NCBI RefSeq assembly: GCF_009914755.1
Contig: NC_060938.1
Source of the DNA: the human T2T-CHM13v2.0 reference genome, Homo sapiens
DNA: 64,000 nt
Reading direction: 5' to 3' (one strand)
The translations under genes and the position numbers were made by a program. Below the pieces are notes generated by a model that searched no databases, was not told the origin of the DNA, and worked only from the letters and a program-made list of their open reading frames with translations. Positions 13,253-24,960 of the stretch are shown one piece after another (positions within the stretch are counted from its first letter, which is position 1; each line of letters opens with the position of its first letter).

Positions 13253-14938
13253 AGAATCAAATGTTAAAATTATGAACATGCAGAACATGGAGATACAAAT
13301 AACCAAGCATGATTTCCCACCAGGATTCTGTGCAACTTGGCCCAGTACTGAGGTCCACCTTCAGGATGGATAAAATTAAGTAAGGGGCCAAATGTGATAG
13401 CAAGATTTATTAAGCGTTAGCACCCAGAAAGAAAATCAGATCAGAATTATACTACAGCCTATCCTTGGCTTATAAATAGGTTACACTGATTGTACTCTAA
13501 AATTTCATTTACTGTCAATTGTTTAAACCTATAAATGCTTGAAAGTCACCTTATTAACAAAGATTAGGTCCCTGTCTAATCCACAGGGGCATTTAATCCA
13601 TAATTTGCCTACACATTTACATGAGATACTATATATTTGCAATAAAAAGTAATGTTATTTATAGCTGTAGAGATTCAGCCAAACAAAAAAATGAATATTA
13701 AATAGCTGTTGTTTATTTTGAATGTTTTAGAGGATAAAGGATAGAAAAATGATTTCGATTAAATTTTAAACAGGCTTTCTGTGACATTCAAGTGTTCTAG
13801 AATTTGATGACACTGAAACTTTAAGGGTAGTTTTCTCTTACCTAAAATTTTTAGGGAATTTTGAGTAATAGTTTCCCTTTCTTCAAGATAAAGTACGTTT
13901 TAAGAAGAAAAGAATGGTTTTCAAAGAGAAAGGAGAAGGAGGGATGGGGTTAAGGTGAGTGTATGTCTTGATTTAACAAATAAACGTTGCTTAGATGAAT
14001 TAACTGAGCTCTGAAAGCTGGCAATGCTAAAGAATAGTAGGGAAGGTGGCATAGGAGGTCCATTGAAGCAACTCACAACAGAGAGAAAGAAAATGTGTTT
14101 GAATGAGATAGATGCGTTGTTTCTTAGATGGTATTCACCCAGAACTTTGTTCCTTCTTGACTTGGGGGACAACTTGAGTAGTCTCCAGGAGGCTGGGTGT
14201 ATGTGCTTTACTAATGTCCATTTGTGCATATGGAAGCTCCTAGGGTGAATGCTCATAATAGGGGTCCTGTAGGCAAATTGATTTGCCTAGCAGCTAGCAT
14301 GACTGAATTGGCCATGCCACTTCCATGTACCCTTGGGTATTACTCAGAAGCAAATCAGTGGCTTCCAAATCAGTGGCATTGGAACCACTGCTGAATTCCT
14401 GGCCTGAATTGATATTCCCCTCTTTGTCTGGGCTCAGCCAGCATCTCAGTAGTGGGGCAGTGAAAGCCTGAGGGGAAGAACTCCTGCCCTTTACAAATTG
14501 CTCATGAATTTTCAAGTGTGCCTGTTTGCCGCTGATAATAGCAGCTTCCTTAGACCTCCTGCTGGATAATGCTTTTGGACACGATTGCTAGAGAGGCAGA
14601 AAATGAACTGAACTCCTTGTCCAGCACGTCAGATCAAAAGCAAATAGGCAGGGCTGTGCCAAGTTTAATTCACAAAAATGGCCCTAAGGAAACAAATGCA
14701 AGTGTAAGCTGGGCTGTTCTCTACAAGGATAAGCAGTCCTATCTGTTGTGTGAGGGCATCTCTGTTGCAGAGCAGAGTGCCCCAGAGCTGAAAACCAATT
14801 TGAGGAAAGGCAGATATGGAGAAGTCAAGTGCTCATGTAGGAGTTTCTGCTGTAGCAAAGTGTCAGAGAGGACCTCAGCTGAGAAAAGACCAGAACCACC
14901 AATGGTTTAATTTCTGAATTGCAAAGAGAGAAGTAAAT

Positions 14939-14962
14939 GCATATATATATATATATATATAT
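14939..14962. repeat. (AT)n microsatellite
   Basis: About 11 AT units read directly. Confidence 0.9.
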
Positions 14963-16560
14963 GTTTAGGGCTTCATAATTAGCAAATTCCATTTGCAAAC
15001 AGAACATTGCATTCCTCTCTGCAATGCTTTAAGTGGCTTTTGATAACCAGTCTCACAGAGTGGGTTAATTCTGAGTCACTCTTAGCAAATGAGTTTCCCG
15101 AGACATTGAGAAGAAAGCCCTGAATCAAGCTGAAAGAGGGACAAGCATGTTTAAATGGAAACTCTGATCCTCCTGTCTGACAGCATCTGGTATTTCCATT
15201 TGGGCTTACTTATTTGCAAATTAAACTTTCTACAAAAATCTTTTGCGGGGGGTGCAAAATGGCTGACTAGAAGCATCATCTTTTGGAGGCTCCCATCAAA
15301 AAAAAAACATAATAAGCATGTGAATCCTTCACCAGCAACCAAGGTACCCAGGTTGTCTCATCAAAATTGACTAGAAGGCTGGCGTGACCCACGGAGAGAA
15401 GGAAAAGCAGTGTGGTGCTGTGGCCCACCTGAAGCCACAGGGGAAGGGGAACCCCCTCCTCCCAGCCAAGGGAGGTGGTGACTGAGTGTGCTACCCAGCC
15501 AGGGAAACTGCTTTTTCCATGGAACTGTGCAACCTACAGATTGGAAGATCCCACTTGCCAACCCATGCCACCAGGGCCTAGTGTCCCAGTCCCGGAATGC
15601 GCAGATTCTTATGGCCTCTCAGGTGAAATCTGCCTAAGCCTATGGAACTCCCCGGGGGAGGGACGACCAGCACCGGCTGCGCCTGCCTGCTGTCCAAACT
15701 GTTTGAGCTCCTTGAGGGAGAGGCAGCAGCCAGCACTGGGACTCACAACTGCCTAATATGCTAAGCTCCCTGGGCAGGGGAAGGGTGGCACCCATTTCTA
15801 TAGCTGCAGGCCGTGCTTTTCCCCTGCTGGAGCCAGGGAGGCTAGATGGCTTGGCCCTAAGCCTTGTCCCCACAGCCCAACTGTGGCAGTCTGTGGCCAG
15901 AGTACCTCTTCAGGTCTAATCCTGACCCATCCTTCCTCAGTGGGCTGGGATTCCCTGCAGGATCTCCAATAACTCCAGCCAGAGGCTCAGGGAGAGAACT
16001 GGGATCTGCCTGGGCCTGAGCCCCTAGTGGGAGGGGTAGCTGCAGTCTCTGTGGACCAGCAGACTTAGCCTCTCCTCCTGGTAGTTCTTAGGAATCCATG
16101 CAGCCCAGATGAGTGGGTTTTCCCCTAGTGAAACCCACACCCTCCACCAAAGGACAAAGTGCTTCCTTAAACAGGTCCTGCTCCCTGTGCTACCCAACTG
16201 GGTGAGACCCTCCAACAAGGGTTGTCAGACATCCTATACAGGAGTGATCCTACTGGCATCAGGTTGGTGTCTCTTGAGGGCAGAGGTCCCAGAAGAAGGA
16301 AGAGGAACCCATCTTTGCTGCTCTCCAGCCTCCTTGAGTGACATCTCCAGGCACAGGAGTGAATCAGATGAATAAGGCCTGAAGTGAACCCCCAGGAAAT
16401 TGTAGCAGCCCTACAGAAGAGGGACCTGACAATTGAAAGAAAAACAAACAAGCAGAAAGTGACAACAACAGCATCAATGACAACAACATAAAAGGCCCCC
16501 ACAAAGACCCCATCCAAGGGTCAGGAGACTGAAAGACCAAAACTAGACAAACTCAAGAAG

Positions 16561-17571
16561 ATGAGAAAGAACCAATGAAAAAATGCTGAAAACCCAAAAG
16601 GCCAGAGTGCCTCTTTTCCAAATGATTGCAGTGTCTCTCCATCAAGCGCACAGAACTGGATGATCAGATGGATGAATTGACAGAAGTAGGCTTCAGAAGA
16701 TGGGTCATAAAAAACTGCAATGAGCTAAAGGAGCATCTTCTAACCCAATGCAAAGAAGCTAAGAACCTTGATAAAAGGTTAGAGGAATTGCTAACTAGAA
16801 TAATCAGTTTAGAGAGGAACATGAATGATCTGAAGGAGCTGAAAAACAGTACAAGAACATCGTGAACCATACACAAGTATCAACAGCTGAATCGACCAAG
16901 TGGAAGAAAGGATATCAGAGTTTGAAGTCCACCTTACTGAAATAAGATATTCAGACAAGAATAGAGAAAAAAGAATGAAAAGGAATGAACAAAGCTTTCA
17001 AGAAATCTGGGACTTCGTAAAAAGACCAAACCTATGATTGATTGGAGTACCAGAATTAGATGGGGAGAATGGAAACAAGCTGGAAAACACACTTCAGGAT
17101 ATTATGCAGGAGAACTTCCCCATCCTAGCAAGACAGGCCAACATGGAAATTCAGAAAATGCAGAGAACCCCATTAAGATACTACATGAGAAGATCAACTC
17201 CAAGACACATAATCATCGGATTCTCCAAGGTCGAAATGAAAGAAAAACTGTTAAGGGCAGCCAGAGAGAAAGGTCATGTTACCTACAAAGAGAAGCCCAT
17301 CAGACTAACAGCAGACCTCTCAGCAGAAACTCTACAAGCCAGAAGAGGCTGGGGGCCAATATTCAAGATTCTTAAAGAAAAGAATTTTCAACCCAGGATT
17401 TCATATCCAGCTAAACAGCTTCATAAGTGAAGGAGAAATAAAATCCTTTCCAGACAAGCAAATGCTGAGGGATTTTTTTTACCACCAGGCCTGCCCTGAA
17501 AGAGCTCCTGAAAGAAGCACTAAATATGGAAAGGAAAAATTGGTAACAGCCATTGCAAAAACACCAAAATA
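16561..17571 (+). pseudogene. Disrupted L1 ORF1p
   Basis: Fragments ELTEVGFRRWVI...EELLTRI and IGVPE...ENFP.LARQAN...KPIRLTADLSAETLQARR.WGPIF, broken by stops and frameshifts. Confidence 0.9.
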
Positions 17572-17633
17572 GAAAGACAATGACACTATGAAGAAATTGC
17601 ATCAACTAGTGTGCAAAATCACCAAATAGCATC

Positions 17634-20600
17634 ATGACGACAGGATCAAATTCACACATAACCATACTAAGCTTAAATGTAAATGGGCTAAATTCCCCAA
17701 TTAAAAGACACAGACTGGCAAATTGGATAAAGAGTCAAGACCCATTGGTGTGCTGTATTCAGGAGACCCATATTATATACAAAGACACTCACAGGCTCAA
17801 AATAAAGGGATGGAGGAAAATTTACCAAGCAAATGGAAAGAAAATAAAAAGCAGGGGTTGCAATCCTAGTCTCTGACAAAACAGGTCTTTAAACCAACAC
17901 AGATCAAAAAAGACAAAGGAGGGCATACATAATGTTAAAGGGAACAATTCAACAAGAAGAGCTAACTCTTCTGAATATATATGCATGCAATATAGGAGCA
18001 CCCAGATTCATAAAACAAGTTCTTAGAGACTTAGACTCCCACACAATAATAGTGGGAGACTTTAACATCCCACTGTCAGTATTAGACAGATCAATGAGAC
18101 AGAAAATTAACAAGGATATTCAGGACTTGAACTCAGCTCTGGATCAAGTGGACCTAGTAAATGTCTACAGAACCCTTTACCCCAAGTCAACAGAATATAC
18201 ATTCTTCTCAGTGCCACATGGCACTTATTCTAAAATTGACCATATAATTGGAAGTGAAACACTCCTCAGCAAATGCAAAAGAACTGAAATCATAACAGTC
18301 TCTCAGACCACAGTGAAATCAAATTAGAACTCAGGATTAAGAAACTCACTCAAAACCACACAATTTCCTGGAAATTGAACAATCTGCTCTTGAATGACTC
18401 CTGGGTAAATAATGAAATTAAGGCAGAAATCAAGAAGTTCTTTAAAACCAATGAGAACAAAGGGACAACATACCAGAATCCCTGAGACACAGCTAAAGCA
18501 GGGTTAAGAGGGAAATTTATAGGACTAAATGCTCACATCAGAAAGCAAGAAAGACCTCAAATCAATACCCTAATATCACAATTATAAGAGCTAGAGAGGC
18601 AAGAGGAAACTAATCCAAAAGCTAGCAGAAGACAAGAAGTAACTAAGATCAGAGAAGAATTGGAGAAGATAGAGACATGTCCTCCAAAAAAATCAGTGAA
18701 TCTAGGAGCAGTTTTTTTTGAAAAAATTAACAAAATAGATAGATCATTAGCTAGACTAATAAAGAAGAAGACAGAGAAGAATCAAACTGACACAATAAAA
18801 AATGATAAAGTACCAACCTACTATCAGAGAATACTATGAGCATTTCTATGCAAATAAACTAGAAAGTTTAGAAGAAATGGATAAATTCCTGGATACATAC
18901 ACCCTACCAAGACTAAACCAGGAAGAAGTTGAGTCCCTGAATAGACCAATAGCAAACTCTGAAATTAATAAAGCAGTAATTAATAGCCTAATAGAAGGGA
19001 GTAATTAATAGCCTACCAACCCAAAAAAGCCCAGGACCAGACAGATTCACAGCTGAATTCTACCAGAAATACAAAGAGGAGCTGGTACCATTCCTTCTGA
19101 AACTATTTCAAACAATTGAAAAGGAGGGACTCCTCCTTAACCCATTTTATGAAGCTAGCGTCATCCTGATGCCAAAACCAGGAAGAGACACAACAAAAAA
19201 CACAAAACTTCAGGCCAATATCCCTGAGGAACATTGATGTGAAAATCCTCAGTAAAATACTGGCAAACTAAATACAGCAGCACCTCAAAAAACTTATCCG
19301 CCATGACCAAGTTGGCTTCATCTCTGGGATGCAAGGCTGGTTCAACATATGCAAATCAATAAATGTAATCCATCACATCAACAGAACAAAAGACAAAAAC
19401 TGCATGATTATCTCAATAGATGCAGAAAAGGTCTTTGATAAAATTCAACATCGCTTCCTGTTAAAAACTCTCAATAAACTAGGTATTGGTGGAACATATC
19501 TCAAAATAATAAGAGCCACTTAGGACAAACCCATAGCCAATATCATATTGAATAGGCAAAAGCTGGAAGCATTCCCTTTGAAAAAAGGTACAAGACAAGG
19601 ATGCCCTCTCTCACCACTCCTATTCAACATAGTAATGGAAGTTCTGGCCAGGGCAATCAGGCAAGACAAAGAAATAAAGGGTATCCAAAAAGGAAGAGAG
19701 GAAGTCAAGTTGTCTCTGCAGACAACATGATTTTATGTTTACAAAACCCCATCACTTCAGCCCAAAAACTTCTTGAACTGTTAAGCAACTTCAGCAAATC
19801 TCAGGATACTAAAATCAATGGGCAAAAATCACAAGCATCCCTTTACATCAACAATAGGCAAGCAGAGAGCCAAAACAGGATTGTGAATTCCATTCACAAT
19901 CACTACAAAGATAGTAAAATACCTAGGAATACAGATAGCAAGGGATGTGAAGGACCTCTTCAAGAAGAATACAAACCACAGCTCAAGGAAATAGGAGAGG
20001 TCACAAACAAATGGAAAAACATTCCATCCTCATGGATAGGAAGAATGAATATTGTGAAAATGGCCATACTACCCAAAGTAATTTACAGATTCAATGCTAT
20101 TCCCATCAAACTGCCATTGACATTCTTCATGGAATTAGAAAAAAACAATTCTAACTTTCATATTGAATCAAAGAAGACCCCATATAGCCAAGACAATCAT
20201 AAGCAAAAAGAACAAAGATGGAGGCATCGTGCTACCTGATTTCAAACTATTACAAGGCTATAATAACCAAACAGCATGGTACTAGTACCAAAACAGACAT
20301 ATAGACCAATGGAGCAGAAAAGAGGCCTCAGAAATAACACCACATACCTACAACCATCTGATCTTTAACAAACCTGACAGAAACAAGCAACGGGAAAAGG
20401 ATCTCCTACTCAGTAAATGGTTCTAAGAAAACTGGCTAGCTATATTGATAACTGAAACTGGACTCCTTCCTTACACCTTATACAAAAATTGGACTCAAGA
20501 TGGATTAAAGATTTAATGTAAAACCCAAAACCATAAAAATCCTAGAAGAAAACCTAGGCAGTACCATTCAGGACATAGGCATGGGCAAAGACTTCATGAC

Positions 20601-21320
20601 AAAAACACCAAAAGCAATTGCAACAAAAGACAAAATTGACAAATGGGACCTAATTAAACCAAAGAGCTTCTGAACAGCAAAAGAAGCTATCACCGGAGTG
20701 AACAGGCAACCTACAGAATGGGAGAAAAGTTTTGTAATCTACCCATCTGACAAAGGTCTAATATCCAGAGTTTACAAAGAACTTAAACATATTTACAAGA
20801 AAAAAACAAGCAACTCATCAAAAAGTGGGCAAAGGATATGAACAGACACTTCTCAAGACAAGATATTTACATGGCCAACAAACATATGAAAAAAAGCTCA
20901 ACGTCACTGATCATCAGAGAAATGAAAATCAACACCACAATGAGATACTATCTCACACCACTCAGAATGGTTATTAAAAAGTCAGGAAACAATAGATGCT
21001 GGTGTGGCTGTGGAGAAATAGGAATGCTATTACACTGTTGGGAATGTAAATTAGTTCAATCATTGTGGAAGACAGTGTGGCGATTCTTCAAGGATCTAGA
21101 ACCAGAAATGCCATTTGACCCAGCAATCCCATTACTAGGTATATACCCAAAGGAATATGAATCATTCTACTATAAAGACAATGCACACATATGTTTACTG
21201 CAGCACTATTTACAATAGCAAAAACATGGAACCAGCCCAAATGCCCATCAGTGATAGACTGGATAAAGAAAATGTGGTACATATACACCAGGGAATACTA
21301 TGCAGCCATAAAAAAGAATG
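17634..21320 (+). pseudogene. Disrupted L1 ORF2p (EN-RT-C)
   Basis: MTTGSNSHITILSLNVNGLN (APE endonuclease start), [21 protein letters not shown] (RT) and C-terminal fragments, split over many frames. Confidence 0.9.
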
Positions 21321-22204
21321 AAATCAGGTCCTTTGCAGGAACATGGATGGATAAAGCTGGAAGCCATCATCTTCAGCAAACTAACACAGAAACAGAAAAC
21401 TGAACACCACATGTTCTCACTTATAAGTGGGAGTTGAACAGTGAGAACACATGGACACAGAGAGTGGAACAACACATACCAGGGCCTATTGGAGGGTGGG
21501 GAGTGAGGGGAGGGAACTTAGAGGATGGGTAAATAGGTGCAGCAGATCACCATGGCACATGTATACCTATGTAACAAACCTACATGTTCTGCACATGTAT
21601 CCTGTTTTTTCTTTTTTAGAAGAAATAAAGAAAAAAATCTTATGGAGAAGCTCAAAAATAAGCTTTTATTGTTTTCCTGTGAATACTAGCAGTGGTAAAA
21701 AGCATTACTCCAAAATTACAAAGAGGAGCTGTCCTGGTTAATAACTCTGAGTACCCACAAAGCCCCAAACAAGTTTATGAAACTTTGAGACCAATACAAA
21801 TGTATACTACAGGCCTCATATTTTGCTGCAGTCTGGTTCTAATTTTCCCTGTTGGGGTCAGGGTTTTGAGACACTACAATGCCACTTTTTAATGATGGTA
21901 AATTTTTAGCATTGCCTTCACATTTGGGGGTAGCATCCATTTTGATCCTCTTCCTTATCTTCTCCTTCTCCTTTGCCTTTTGCATTATGATTCTGCCTTC
22001 CTTTCTCACCCTTAGGAAGTAGACTTTCAGATCCACTCCAGTGATTAGTTGATGATTGGCGGGGCCTATCCCTTTGAGGATTATTTTGTCTTCTTTTCCA
22101 TCAAATCCCCTTAGGCTCCAAATCATAGGCCTAGGGACAATATTCTCACTCCCTGTTCTTTATCCTCTCTAAACATCTCTGGCATCTAGCTTTGCACAAA
22201 AACT

Positions 22205-22785
22205 AATACAAAATCAGCACAATCACATTGCAAAACCTTTTGGCAGCACCTGTGCAAGCTGATTGTATGCACATACTATGTCCTGTGATCCAGCAATTAC
22301 ACCACTTGGCAAATACCTAACAAAAAAGGGTATATATGCATGCAAAACAAATGTGTATAGATGCTCATACCAGCACAATTCAGAACAGTAGCTAGAATAG
22401 TAACTGGAGTCAACTCATCATAAGAATCGATTAAAAATTGTGGTACATTTATTAATATAGCAATGAGAATAAATTGCAACTAACAACATGAATTTCCCTC
22501 ACAAAATAATGTTGAGCAAAAGAAACTTGACACAGAAGAGTATATATTCATGTATGTGTATGTGTGTATATTATAAAAATAGGCAAAATTCATCTACGGC
22601 ATAGAAGTTAGGATAGCAGGGATGGGGCTGTGGCGAATGACAGGAAGGAGACACAACGAGGTCTTCTGGGTGCTGGAATGATCTGTTTCTTGATCTGAGT
22701 TCTGGTTAGGTAGTTGTGTTCACTTTGTGTACCTTTCCATTTGCATGTTATATTGCAATGAAATTTTACTTTAAAAGAAAAAAAT
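22205..22785 (+). mobile_element. Old L1ME-type 3' fragment
   Basis: tgatccagcaattacaccacttggcaaatacc, taaaaattgtggtacatt, ataatgttgagcaaaagaa, ttctgggtgctggaatgatctgtttcttgatctg. Confidence 0.75.
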
Positions 22786-23102
22786 CACACATTGAAAATC
22801 ACTCTGAGACACATTCATCTTTTTCGAAAACATACAGCCATTTCTGTACAAAATACAGCCACATAGCAAGCTCAATTCTACCACTGAACAAGCTACTTTT
22901 GATTATCATCTTAGCAGTCTTGATTATTAGTGTCAGTGGTAAAGCTTTGTACCTAGCTAAGAGCTTTTCTAGGAGAAGTAAGCATGATACCTGCAGAAAT
23001 TTTCCAAATGTTTGAGAGCCTAGTATGAGTTCAGGTATTGTGTCAGTCGCCATGGTGAGAACAATGAGTCTCTGGCCTCAGAGGCCTCCTTGGCTATTTC
23101 TT

Positions 23103-23245
23103 TGTTTTTATTATACTTTAAGTTTTAGGGTACATGTACACAACATGCAGGTTTGTTACATATATATTACATGTGCCATGTTGGTGTGCTGCACCCATTA
23201 ACTCGTCATTTAACATTAGGTATATCTCCTAATGCTATCCCTCCC
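23103..23245 (-). mobile_element. Very short 5'-truncated young L1PA (about 143 bp of 3' UTR)
   Basis: ttatactttaagttttagggtacatg...cctaatgctatccctcccc. TSD ctatttctt at 23094-23102 and 23246-23254. Confidence 0.92.
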
Positions 23246-24086
23246 CTATTTCTTGACTGTCTCACTCCCCTGCCTTTCTCCCCCCGGGCCCCATTCACAT
23301 ACTCTGCTGAGTCTACCATGTTGTGCCATCTCCCTCTCTTTTCTCCTGTGAATACATCAACTTTCTGTTTGTGAGACCATCCTGTAATGCAGTTGGAGGG
23401 CAATGGGGCAAGAAGGCAACTGAGAATTGGATTTCAGATATCGCTAATCATGTACCTATGTATGCCACCTCCTAGATACCATCTCCACCCCCACTCTGCT
23501 GTTCATCGCTGTTGCTAACCTGTTACCTGAAAACGTAGGCCACGATATGACCAGTTAACACACCAAAGTAATTTGAAGAATTATATGCAAGTAACAAGAA
23601 ACATTTAGCGATCATCCAGAAGTGCTTACTAGTAAAGTAAGAATATGTCAGAAACATGCCTGTTGTTTAGGTACTGAGATAGACATTCTGACTCTATGTT
23701 TCAAAACCTGGGTTCCCTGGATCTCTGTGTAGGAACCAGGTCCTTAAGTTATGTGCAATATGTTAAAAAGTCACAGAAATTGCACACTTACCAACAATAT
23801 TTTACAGGCTAGGTAAAGTATGAATTTTTATGTTGAACTAGAAATACATAACCTTTGTGTAGTAAGCTTGGTTACTGCATGTTGGTCACAAGTTCTGATT
23901 GGCAGTTTTCTATGACTTTAATAGATGCAAACTGGTAGACTAATAAATACGTAATAGACAGAGTTTTTCTGAAAGAAAAATTTCAAAATGTGACGTCTCT
24001 GGAGTTAATAAAATAATAAAACGGCTTTTCGGTAGTGAACAATGTGGCAAGTACTGATGTAGTTTCAGACATCTTGCCCTTCTACA

Positions 24087-24105
24087 GGACCAGCAGAGGG
24101 CGCTA
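24087..24105 (+). promoter_or_regulatory. Predicted CTCF binding site
   Basis: GGACCAGCAGAGGGCGCTA closely matches the CTCF core (CCASYAGRKGGCRS), lies in non-repeat DNA and keeps its CpG. Occupancy cannot be determined from sequence. Confidence 0.75.
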
Positions 24106-24960
24106 GAATTAAATTATTCCCTTGATCCATTCTTGCTTCAAGGGCTCAAGAAAAAAAAAGGTGGTGATGATTACAACGAGGCAGAGTCATGTGAAGATGC
24201 AAGAGTGACAACATACTGGGCTGGCGAGTCCATTTCATGTAATAACTTCTAAGGAATAGGAGGGGTAGCATGCAACGAGGAACAGTTTTTTTTGATGGCA
24301 GTTTTGTTTTTATTACAGTCAATAATTGCTCACAATTGTTTAGAACTAGGGCCTCCCTACTGTGCGTTCATTCAGGACATAGCTGAAAGAATAAGCCCAC
24401 CTCTGACCCCCTGAAGTGTCATTTCATCAAAAGAGGCAGGTGTGAGTGTGTTGAAACAGTGACGTCTTGGCATTGCTGGGCTTGATTCCTCCTCCTCTTT
24501 CCATTGTTCCTCCAAGGATGACCCTGGAGGAATTATTTCTGGCACTAATAAGTAGGAAGGTGAGGTTCTCTTTGATGGGGGTTACAAATCTCCACTTTTT
24601 TCTCACCCAGCAGGTATTAGGAAGATGCACCCTGCCGTGCTATCCTGAAGAAAACCTCTGCCCCAGGAACAAACAGTCAGGACAGTCTGGACTCTATTAT
24701 TTCATTTCTTCCACACAACTAATTGTTTGTTTCTAGAGAAACTGAACATGCGTCATCTTGTTTCACTGCTTTTGGTAACTACACATTTCAGTGATTACTA
24801 TTCTACAGATTCACACAGAGTTTCTTTAAGGCACATAACCTACTTAATTATAAGGATTCTTGTATTCATCACTTCTTCACATCTTCAATGGTCCTACTGT
24901 TTTCAACTTACTTGCTCAACCTGGATACTAGGCTTCCAAATTAATTTTATTTATTTGAAC

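Larger units (their letters stand above)
15246..21632 (+). mobile_element. Full-length inactive L1 (L1PA8A-like), about 6.4 kb
   Basis: G-rich start with YY1-like aaaatggc, a 1.3-kb 5' UTR, ORF1 and ORF2 remnants, and a 3' end gggaacttagaggatggg...gtatcctgtttttt...agaagaaataaa. TSD aaaaatcttttg (15234-15245) / aaaaatcttatg (21633-21644). Confidence 0.93.

Noticed and set aside
14569-14910. 113-aa ORF in unique sequence
   Set aside because: No recognisable domain and no convincing splice context; length is compatible with chance. A tblastn/PhyloCSF check would be needed to revive it.
15246-21632. Full-length L1 as a potentially active element
   Set aside because: Multiple stops and frameshifts in both ORFs. 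The same applies to 57143-63011.
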